Below are positions 53,721-64,000 of a stretch of 64,000 nt of DNA, in pieces. Position 1 is the stretch's first letter. Each line of letters starts with the position of its first letter. The position numbers and the translations under genes are program-made. This DNA is from Tubiluchus corallicola (Eukaryota > Animalia > Priapulida), in assembly GCA_030141605.1 (NCBI GenBank), contig JAQGDQ010000001.1:930001-994000 (forward strand), in the 5' to 3' direction. The notes under the pieces were generated by a model that saw only the letters and a program-made list of their open reading frames with translations, made no database searches and was not told the DNA's origin.

Positions 53721-56700
53721 GTCTTTATGAATGTCATTATTATTTTAATTACCATTATTGTAAATGAAGACTGTTTGCTCAGTGATTATTAACATTACTG
53801 CTCATTATGTATGTTATAACTGAAAACAGATTCTGTGACAAAGTGGAGCCATGAAATTTAGATCTAATTTATAGTAAATTATAGGGAACAATGTCAAATT
53901 TTAACAATCTGAGAGGATACGAAGATGATATAATATTACGCAACAAAAATTTTCCAGCTAAAGAAATTACATTACTACTTACATTATATACTACATACAT
54001 AAATTATATTTTCATTTTTTTAATGTTACAAAATTAAAATTGAAATGCTTACACCACTTGCGAACTGTTATTACTGTAATGACCCACAAATATATCAATT
54101 TTATGATATAAAATAGATTGCGCTTAAAATTCATTATTATTTTTAAGTTGAAATCACAAAAATGAGTAGAATAGATATGACATTAATATAATTAAGAATA
54201 AATGTATTGAATTATATATATACATAGGTTCTGTGTCTGACTATAATCACAGCAGCAGTATAATTAGAACATCACCATCAACAACAACAGCATTATCGTC
54301 ATCTACATTAAGTGAATTAAATAAAAGTAACATGTGGAAAGTGAAGTCTACATGGTACAGATACGTGATAAGGATGCATTTAGAATGTTCAAATTCGATT
54401 CGAACCTAAAATTATAGGTTCGAATATTTCAGCACTTCAACTATATACACATTCTTTATCATTCAAACGTTTGAAACAACATGCAATCAGTACAATTTAG
54501 CTGTGATTTTGTGCACAATTTATAAGCAAATTATTAGTGTTTTTACTGCAGAACAAATTAAGTAACATGCATGATGTTTGTGAGATTGCATTCTGATAAT
54601 GATTCACAAATTTATTAGGAAATCTTAACAACTGAATTTATATATAAAACCATCATTATCAGTTTTTCAAAGATTAACTGTAAAAACATTCAAGATATGC
54701 TATAAATTTGGCATAAATTGACTTTAGTCATTTCGAGCAGTTCTGAAATCTCATGCATTTCCTTGGTATATCCAATCATGACATGCTGTCTTTGATCGTG
54801 TATAAATCAATTTAAGGTTCTAAGGAACAGAACTGCCAGTTACAGGTTCTATTGTTTTTCTTAGAGCTGCTTCTACATGAAATGGCAACTTAAGAAAAAT
54901 TTCAGTTGACCCCATGTCTTTTATTTCGTCACTGCACATATGCAACGCAATCATCAATCGCACCGTGCCTGCAATATTTCCGGGTCAGTTGATTTTTAAA
55001 ACATCCCACAAGCAGTATACAGACAATGAAGGAGTAAAGGCATAAATTTTGAAGATCGATTTTAACTAGGGGTTCCAATGATGCAATGTAAGCATTCGAA
55101 TCCACTAAAATAATGTTTCAGTTGTAACACATGCTTGAAGCCTGAAGGTCACGTGTTATAACCTGAAAATAAATAAAGGCAGCAATTATAATCTCTTTAA
55201 CACACAGTATATTACCACTGAACTAGTGCCTAATGTAAATGTGTTTTTAAAAATAGCGAGATATATCACTATAATTATAGAGTCGTGTAGATGTTTCTCA
55301 TTGATTGTGTATTGATAGGAAAAAAATCTGTGACCTACTATGCTGTCAAACTAGTAGTCAGTACAGCCGACCTGCAATCACAATGTTATACGTTCAAGTC
55401 CTGGTCGGCCGACAATGTACCAGCTTTTCTTCATTTAATTAGTATCAGAAGAGTATGATGTCCGTAACGTATGGGGGGGGGGGCTGAGGTGTTAGCTACC
55501 AGCAACACGCAGCTAACAGTTAATTTTATTACAGCAGTCTCTGGTTGAGCCTTCCTGTTTTCGTGCTATAGTATAGTTAACTAAGAACATTTACAGCTAA
55601 GACAATAATGTGTACATAGGTTATAACTTGAACATGATGCATCAAAATATCTTCTTATCTAATTGAGTAGTAATGAAAAATTTTATAACCCACTTCTGAA
55701 TGGTAACTTTGTATAACTTAATTAGGTCCAAGAAATCTGTCACCAGACAACTCATTTCAATTATTAGATCGCGTTATTTTGAAATGAAAAAACCTGACAA
55801 TTATCTTACATTGCACTCACTGAGAGTGACTGAACACGTAAACCGTATCCAACGACGGGTGCGTTCTCAACCCACCGTTTATACTGTACAGAACATTTAT
55901 TATACAATAGACTTGTTGGGCTTTTTGTTAATGAGGCAGAAATGTACATGCATTCTTCCTGAGGTTTTTGAAGATTGGACTGTACATCTAGCGCAAAACA
56001 CTTTTCAATGGAAATAATACAATATAGTATAGAAAAGGCTATATAAGCAGTCATTTGTAACTGACAATATCTGAAACTGAAGTATGCAACTGAAATTTAA
56101 AATATGTATCTATTATAGACACAATTTTTTGAGAGACTGAGTTAAACGATATTCAGTAAAAAATGTAGCAGTTCAAATAGCACAGGCCAAATTTCACGTA
56201 CACATTGTGACTCATGCTGTCTAGCGCTATACTGTCTACATGTGTGTATGTTAATTTCTTTAAACAAAATCCCAAAGTATTTAACTGCATTAAAACCTTT
56301 TTTCTTCAGAACGATATTGTACTTTATTTTTTCAAACTGAGAGTTAGTTCACACTGTCTTCACACTGAACTTTGACTTCCCCCACCCCCATTCAACTTTT
56401 ACTTTCAGGGAATGTTTTACTTGCTTATTCTGAATGCACTATATAAATACCCTTGAATTAACCAGATTTCACCACCCAACACAAACTAATGAAAACAAAA
56501 TTTTTGATCTTGTGACTCATTGCAGGAGTAAATTTGGGTGGGATACAGCTAACTAAAAATGTACATGTATTCAATAGTGACCTACCATAACTAATAACTA
56601 ACTATTCTACTGTTAATGTTAATTAACATACTTTGCAGAAATAATTAAAGAACTGATAATAAGTGTGAGAAAAATCGACTATAACTAATTGCTAGGGTAA

Positions 56701-59220
56701 AACATTTTTTCAACGTTAACGTTTTTACTTTACGACGCATGCTTCCAAAATGTCGCCGTCGCTGACTCGTTGTGAATTTCATGAATGTTACTGAGGAAAT
56801 TGCTTCCATAATAGCTAAAAACAATGTGAATACTTTCACAGGAAGGCTAAAGCTTGACACACAGTACGTGGGTAAAAAGTGCAAGTTTTTCTTAAAGACT
56901 CGTTTTGATTAAATTATGTTAGTTATGCTACTATGTTACTGGTAGTGTTACCGGTTAGTAGAAGTATGATTAGTAATTTGTCTCACTACGACTTTCCACT
57001 TGTTAACAGCGTTGATGAAACGATCAGCATTTCAGTAGTTTTAGTGACACATGTGGTTCACATTGGCCTCTCTACCACAATTACATTAGTGGGCTAGATG
57101 GACAGAAGAAAAGTGGAAGTATTAATAGCGAGCCAAAAATTCTACATTTAACACGCTGTACCCACAACCTAGTGTTCTTTTTCTAACAAACTAAATTTCT
57201 TTTTCTAAACCCATTTTCTATTTTAATATTCATTACTTTCTGTATCCTGGTACTGTTCATTACTGATCGATGACGCTGTGATCTTGATCGAGATCCCAAT
57301 TGTGATCGCGAATATACGACTATTGTATAGTTTTAAACAACGTGTCTAGAGGTTCGGCACAGGATCCGATAAATTTTCTTTTACAGGTCCTGTACTGTCC
57401 AGTACTGTGCAATGTTGCTCGAAGTATAGCGAAGGTGCCCAAAATTTGAGCAGCACCAGCTCCGATGCTCGTCCCTAGTTTCATATGTACGCCAATCAAA
57501 TAAAACTCCTTAATACTCAACCACACTGCAGCAAAGGCACAACAGGGAAATGCATGATTGCATGTATGACGTTGATTTAGGTCCATCTTAATATTAGACA
57601 AGTCTAAAATTGTAGTACGGCAGACTACACTGAACATGTTCTTTATATTACCAAGAGTGTTGGAATAATGTATACTAACGAGGTAATATTATGTTCTATT
57701 TATATAGATATTTATAATTATTAATAATATTAATTTTATGACCTGGATGTTAGAGCCAACCTTATAATTATTTAGAGATGCCTACTGTATGCATGTCTGG
57801 CATAGCAGATGGGCACTTCTATTTTCAGGAGAGTGGTGGGTTATGTAGGTTTTAAAAAGTGCTTTACTGTTTTTATTAGATATAGCTGCACAAATTTCAA
57901 ATATTTTCACACCAGATATTACTTTATTTCAGTTTCAAAATTGTAATAGTGGTTATTTTGTACAAAATATCCTCGTCATTACTTGCCCCACAGTTATATA
58001 ATTTAAGAAATCTGCAGAGACTCAGGTGGCTACAGTTACACTGAATCGTTCCATATTTTCTAGTTAATACCTTTCGGGACATGGATGCATATTTTTAAGG
58101 CTTTAGTGTAAATACTGCTTTCTGGATACAGATCCGTAGCTCTAGTCACTGTTTAAAAATTACGCTTTATGTTTTATGCTTTATATAAAAGAAGTGTTTT
58201 ATTTGGAACTAAATTAATGACATTTAGAAAGTAAGAATAAATTAAACTCAATGCGTGCTATGATATTGTTTGTCCTTAAAAACACAGTAACCGAAATCTT
58301 GTGAGTAAGTTACCACACTGTTGAAAATATTTAGCGTCAGTCAAGCATTGAGTTGACGAATAATTAATGCAGCGCATAACTTTTACAGAACTTCGCAATT
58401 GCTTTACAGTGTCAGCATCGCAAAAGCTAACTTAGGGATTGGACTGGTAAGGAGGGAAATTATGTAAATTTTATAGCACTAGTTGGCAGCAGATCTATTC
58501 CTCAAACTGAGTAAATACGAATTATGAAGACTGCTTTGTATTTTTTTTGCGGAACCTAAATCTGATCTGAAGTAGCTAAAGTAAGACCGAGGCGGATCCG
58601 AATCAAAGCTCCGGTATCCGAAATTCCATAGTAGTGAAGCTTCATCCCATCCCTATAAAAAGTATCTGCAACATCAAGTTATCATCTCTGGTATTGTGTA
58701 CGACATCATCAAAGTTCTTGCTAGAATGAAGTCGTACTGTTGACTTGCACAGCAGTAACTACAATCAATCGACTGTACTGTACTGAAAGAAGGGCAGAGT
58801 ACAATATTTATTCAACGTGCAGTGAATAAACTATTGGTTTGATTTTAGACAAATGTAACGGAAAAAGTAAGTGTTATCTCTTTTGCAAGTCACAACAGAA
58901 ACGGAATCTGTTGCAGTTAGAAATTAACTTCTAAAAAATTGTAACTCAATATAGTTACAGTTCCTTAATTTACATTTGTATTGCATTGCTACATTCACTG
59001 CCTAGGCCTTGTGTTCCACATTTTTTGGGGAATCCCGGTCAAAAGTGATCATGGAGTAGTTTCTACTGATAATCATAGGACACCACGTGACACAATCCTG
59101 GGTAAAAATTTTGACGATCTATTTGAACTAAGCTGATATTAAATTTATTGCATTTGTTATATTTTTATGTTAAACTTTTATTGTCATTTCGGCTTATAAT
59201 TTTTAAATTTTATTTTGTAG

Positions 59221-59279
59221 ACAGCTAACCAGCAAACACCGACAAAAATTTTTAAAACAAAAAGCTGCAAATTATTTAG
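59221..59279 (+). other. Candidate 5' UTR exon of YME1L1
   Basis: Long T-rich tract ttttattttgtag| and donor ag|gtatac; no transcript evidence. Confidence 0.35.
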
Positions 59280-60791
59280 GTATACATTTGACTGAGAAAA
59301 TTATAAGCAAGTTTATCCAGTCAGCACTATGATGGTTTTTACGGTTCATTGAGAATGACTCATATTAATAAACTGCCAGATTTTTGATTTGAAAAGAGAT
59401 CCCTATCACAGAAAGATTGTTTGTATCTGCTATTTTCTGTTTACCACACAATTCCCTGTGCTAGTGCACAATGTTGAATCCAATAATAACGAAATTTATA
59501 ATGTTAACTATTGCAATTATAAATTTATTTTTTATATCAATAGAGGTAAAATATTTTACAAGTCACTGGTGGTGTACAGCTCAATAAGAAAGCAGCATAC
59601 AACGTGTCGCAGGAAGTACTTGCTCGTAGTGTGACCAAACGTTACTTTTAGGTCGCTACTTGTGGAAAATAAAAGCGCGCTTCACTAACGCTACTGAAAT
59701 TTTGCTGCCTTTCTGCCCACCACTGATGTGATTACAGCAAATGTGCAAGTGCCCTAATGCCCAGTGAAACCGTTATGGTGTTGTAATCAATCATCCCCAT
59801 CTTGCAGAATGTGTTTTTTTACGTGTTAAAAGTTTAAATTACATGCAGTTTATGAAGAAGATTTGTTAATTGATGTAAAAATTCCATACCTTCAAATTAA
59901 AGATATTAAAAAATTCATTTTGCTGAGAGCTTTTCGTCTTGCCCTTAAAAAGTTAATTATTTTATGTGATTAGAGTACAGCCTCATAGATGTGCAAATAT
60001 TTGCTAGGTAATAATTGTATTCTATTCTTATTTCTTTAAGCTTGATAGAAAAGCAAACTCACATGATATTGAGGTTAATATTTGTACAATCCATTTTTAA
60101 GATAGTCAGAGTAATGAAGTACTGAAATCAGATTAAGCGAACTTCGATTTGAAAAAATATTGTTTTTACTGTTTTATTATTCACTTTTTTTCACCGATGT
60201 ACTATTGTCTTAATGAATCTAACTTGACAAGCTTTTGTGAACATGAATGTATGATTTTCTGACTTTGAATTGTTTATGTAATGTAAAAAATATTAATTTG
60301 AGAAGGAATTTGTGCCTATGCCTAGCTGGAAGAAATAATATGTATGCTAATTAATTGATATTTGTAGGTTTAAACTTAATCCCTGGTTTGGTTGCCTTTT
60401 TTTTGCTTTTTTATTTTTAAGCAATGTGTTTGCACTCAAATTATCTTGACGTTTAACTGTGCATTCTGCAGATTTTTGCTAATTTCTCACATATGTATTA
60501 ATAAATCCCTTGCTGAAAGGTAAAATTTTCCTCACCAGGATGTCTTTTTTGATGTGTCACTTAAAAGAGATACCTCTACTCAACTTTTGATTGGGGAAGC
60601 AATGTTATATTGTTTTAGATGAGGTTTACAGAAATTCAAATTTATCTAGTTATAATTATGTAATAACTATGTTTTAATAATTCATACTTTTGTTATTTTC
60701 AGGCTGAACAACGCCAAAAGACAGAGGTGTTAACTCCGTAAATACAAGAGGACATTGTTACCAGAGTTAGCTTTCTTCTCGTTTTGCTACA

Positions 60792-63092
60792 ATGTTTGCA
60801 ATCACAAATCTACAAAGTCAGGTTGTTTTACCTATGTCTCATGTAGCAACATTATTGAACAATGCTGCCCGTAATAGCTTAAGTGGCACCCCAAGTGGAA
60901 CCAGCATTGGAGTGTGGAAGCAACAGTACAATAGACTGGCCATTTCTAAGTGCCGTGATGATTCAGTGACCAGTGAACTGTCAGAAGCATGCCAAAAAAG
61001 TTTAGAAAAAACTTTTTTGTGTTGTACTGAGCTAAACCTTTTTGATCTTGAACACTTAACTCCTGAAGAATTAAAGCTAACTGCATTGGGTCTATCTGTT
61101 TATCATGATCGCCTTACAACGAACTCATGGAAGGTTTCACATGTGTCGGCAGAGACGTTTTTTGAAAACAAAGCGAAAGCGCTATTTTGCACAAGGCCAT
61201 TTCCTTTGACATTGCACAGATGCCTAACAGAGTATCCACTGTTGTCAAATTATAAACATTTTTTCCGACAACAACGATCTTTTTCCACGGGGTCTTTATT
61301 ATGCTTTAAAACTAAACGAGCAGAAAATATCACTGGTATAACAGGTAACCGAGATGAAGTGAACACGGATCAAATCATTTTCGGTAAACGCCTCAATTTG
61401 GGCAGTATCTATAATAAAGATGCAATAAACTTAGATAAAGATGTAGACAAAAATGTTAAACTAAAACAGATGCTATCTAATGCTGACTCGCTACCATCTG
61501 AACAGAAGGAAAAAATAAAAGTTTCATTTGCAGAAGGTTATGTGGCAGGGATTGATAAAGGAAAAACGGGTGGCAGTAAATTACGTGTTTTTAATATTAT
61601 TCGCGATTTGATGGGAATAGTCCTGATTGTTGCTTTGTTGGGAACGTTTGTAGGTGGTCCTTTTCGAAAAGTTCTTATTGGTAATGGCAACGAAGTTCAT
61701 CCAGAAGAGATAGATGTTTCATTTGATGATGTGAAAGGTGTAGAGGAAGCCAAACAAGAGCTTCTGGAAATTGTCGATTTTTTGCGAAGCCCTGAAAAAT
61801 ACTCTCGCCTTGGCGCTAAATTGCCTAAAGGTGTACTGCTAGTTGGTCCTCCTGGCACTGGGAAGACCTTGTTAGCCAGAGCTGTTGCTGGAGAAGCCGG
61901 TGTTCCATTTTTTCACTCTGCTGGTCCAGAGTTTGATGAAATATTAGTTGGTCAAGGTGCAAGACGTGTAAGGGATTTGTTCAGTACTGCTAAGGCAAGA
62001 GCTCCTTGTGTCATATTTATTGATGAAATAGATTCTGTTGGAGCAAAAAGAACAAGCTCAGTTTTACATCCTTACGCTAACCAAACTATTAATCAGTTGT
62101 TAGCTGAAATGGATGGATTTCGACAGAATGAGGGAGTAATAGTGCTAGGTGCAACAAACCGCAGGGAAGATCTAGACAAAGCTTTGCTTAGGCCTGGACG
62201 CTTTGATGTAGAAGTTCAAGTACCTGTGCCTGACTTGAGGGGTCGCGTTGAAATACTTGAATTATATTTGGGAAAAATTAAGCGAGCAGAAGATGTTGAT
62301 GTTAATGTTTTAGCCAGAGGCACTACTGGATTCACAGGAGCTGATTTAGAAAATTTAGTTAACCAGGCAGCCCTAAGAGCAGCTATTGATGGTCTGCCAT
62401 CTGTACCCATGGATTATATGGAAAATGCTAGAGATAAGGTATTGATGGGGCCTGAAAAGAAAAGCAGAATACCTGATGATGATGCAAATAAAATCACAGC
62501 TTACCATGAAGGTGGGCATACTGTCGTAGCTTACTTCACAAAGGACAGCCATCCTTTACATAAAGTTACAATAATTCCTCGAGGTTTTGCTTTAGGGCAT
62601 ACAGCGTATATTCCTGAAAAAGAAAGTTACCACACTAAAAAGAGCCAGATGCTGGCGATGTTGGATATACTTATGGGCGGTCGGGTTGCAGAAGAACTTA
62701 TTTTTGGTTCAGAGAATATTACGTCAGGTGCATCTGATGACTTGAAAAAGGCCACCCAGCTAGCAACACTTATGGTGAAAGAATGGGGCATGTCAGAAAA
62801 AGTTGGTGTAAGAACATTTGAAGAGAACAAAAACCAGCTAGTTACGAGTGGTCCTGAGGTTGGGCATGTAACACAGGAACTCATTGATGCTGAAATCAAG
62901 AGGTTCTTAAATGAATCTTATGAAAGAGCAAAGAATATATTACGAATGCGCCACAAAGAACATCATAATTTAGCAAATGCCTTATTAATGTATGAAACTC
63001 TAGATGCTGACGAGATCAAATTAATCATGGAAGGCAAGCCTGTGCCACCTAGGAGAATTCGAACTCTAAATAAAAACTTATTGCCATTCTAA
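60792..63092 (+). CDS. YME1L1: Mitochondrial ATP-dependent zinc metalloprotease YME1L (i-AAA, FtsH family), 766 aa, single coding exon
   Basis: One TM segment (LMGIVLIVALLGTFV), AEGY motif, FDDVKGVEEAKQEL, Walker A GPPGTGKT, Walker B IFIDEID, SRH ATN..LDKALLRPGRFD, HEGGH zinc site; splice acceptor ttttcag| at 60702; AATAAA at 63225. Confidence 0.96.
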   Translation: MFAITNLQSQVVLPMSHVATLLNNAARNSLSGTPSGTSIGVWKQQYNRLAISKCRDDSVTSELSEACQKSLEKTFLCCTELNLFDLEHLTPEELKLTALGLSVYHDRLTTNSWKVSHVSAETFFENKAKALFCTRPFPLTLHRCLTEYPLLSNYKHFFRQQRSFSTGSLLCFKTKRAENITGITGNRDEVNTDQIIFGKRLNLGSIYNKDAINLDKDVDKNVKLKQMLSNADSLPSEQKEKIKVSFAEGYVAGIDKGKTGGSKLRVFNIIRDLMGIVLIVALLGTFVGGPFRKVLIGNGNEVHPEEIDVSFDDVKGVEEAKQELLEIVDFLRSPEKYSRLGAKLPKGVLLVGPPGTGKTLLARAVAGEAGVPFFHSAGPEFDEILVGQGARRVRDLFSTAKARAPCVIFIDEIDSVGAKRTSSVLHPYANQTINQLLAEMDGFRQNEGVIVLGATNRREDLDKALLRPGRFDVEVQVPVPDLRGRVEILELYLGKIKRAEDVDVNVLARGTTGFTGADLENLVNQAALRAAIDGLPSVPMDYMENARDKVLMGPEKKSRIPDDDANKITAYHEGGHTVVAYFTKDSHPLHKVTIIPRGFALGHTAYIPEKESYHTKKSQMLAMLDILMGGRVAEELIFGSENITSGASDDLKKATQLATLMVKEWGMSEKVGVRTFEENKNQLVTSGPEVGHVTQELIDAEIKRFLNESYERAKNILRMRHKEHHNLANALLMYETLDADEIKLIMEGKPVPPRRIRTLNKNLLPF

Positions 63093-64000
63093 TTAATTGC
63101 GTGTAATTAATTAACACATGTAATTACATTTTATGAATGCTTCACTTGATTTAGTACCTTCTATTGATATCAGTATCTTCTCTTGACATTACATTTATGT
63201 TATAGATGGATTGAATTTTTGATGAATAAAGATGCAGTTTATCTATTTATACAACTATACAGCAAGTACGATGTATTACTTTCATGCTTTTTTTAGTGTG
63301 GCATGTTATTTAAAATATGTTTTTGTTTGTTTTCAGCATTGCAGCATGGTGTATTGTATTTGGGAGAAAAGTACATCTGCCATATTATTGTACACAAACC
63401 TTTTTCATTAGCTGAAGCAGTTTTATATCTGATATTAAAAGAAAACTGGACCCAGCCTTTAACAATAGCTCAAAACAATCTAGCCTGTAAATTAAATGAA
63501 ATGGAACGTATTAAGTAAACTTGTGTGAAAGAATTATTACTGCGGAAACCTAATTTCTTGTGTGCGTGGCTAGTTCTTTGCTGTTATATGCATATTGCTA
63601 TTTGCTATTGGCACTAGCACCTGCCTCAGAAGCAGGGGTGATGTAGTTGCATCAGTTGCGATATACTGCACAATTTAAAAGCTCATGCTTGAGTAAACAT
63701 GAAATTTAAATTTTTAAACTTAGAATTTGCCAAGATTTTGTGCATCACACTGAATGATGTATTTTTGCAAACATGTACAACATGCTCATGAAATTATGTT
63801 CATTTGTAATGTCATCTCTAGTTGGGTTCGCCAGCTGTTAATTATGTTTTTAATCTGTTATTTATTTATTGGAAACACTAGGGTATTATTATAGGTGTTT
63901 AAATTTTTCGCTGTACTTCACGGTGGCATAAGATATGAAAATCCTGTTTCACTTTAACTGCTTGCAGGAGTTACTCTTGCACAAGTAAACAAACAAACAT

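Noticed and set aside
55345-55450. tRNA-like head with GTTCAAGTCC (55392)
   Set aside because: Likely a SINE remnant, but single and too degenerate to delimit.
61930-61965. YME1L pore loop reads ILVGQG instead of the aromatic MFVGVG
   Set aside because: From memory, insect and nematode YME1L orthologues carry the same LVGQG, so it is a lineage trait (hinting at a protostome) rather than a novelty.

Overview
AT-rich animal (invertebrate, probably protostome) nuclear DNA with GT-AG introns; not prokaryotic, and no CRISPR, rRNA or intact tRNA was seen. Four protein genes could be assembled by hand. (1) GNL1-like circularly permuted GTPase, minus strand, 10 coding exons from 11049 down to 88, running off the left edge. 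(2) An intronless SoxB HMG-box gene, minus, 26367-27368, alone in a ~32 kb gene-free interval. (3) MPDU1/Lec35 PQ-loop protein, minus, 5 coding exons, 52432-43465. (4) YME1L1 i-AAA protease, plus, 60792-63092, with the whole CDS in one exon. Between and inside these lie a 5'-truncated LINE, a decayed Academ-like transposon, several MITEs with readable TIRs/TSDs, tRNA-derived SINE-like units and microsatellites. Most ORFs in the supplied track are spurious. I could not demonstrate a new biological system. The best leads are: a SoxB protein mixing B1 and B2 signatures; the intron-free YME1L1 CDS; a decayed duplicate exon inside GNL1; clustered neural miRNA seed sites and a Sox/TCF-octamer element 3' of SoxB; and Pol III-box units plus CTCF-like motifs on both flanks of the SoxB interval. 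All coordinates were counted by hand.
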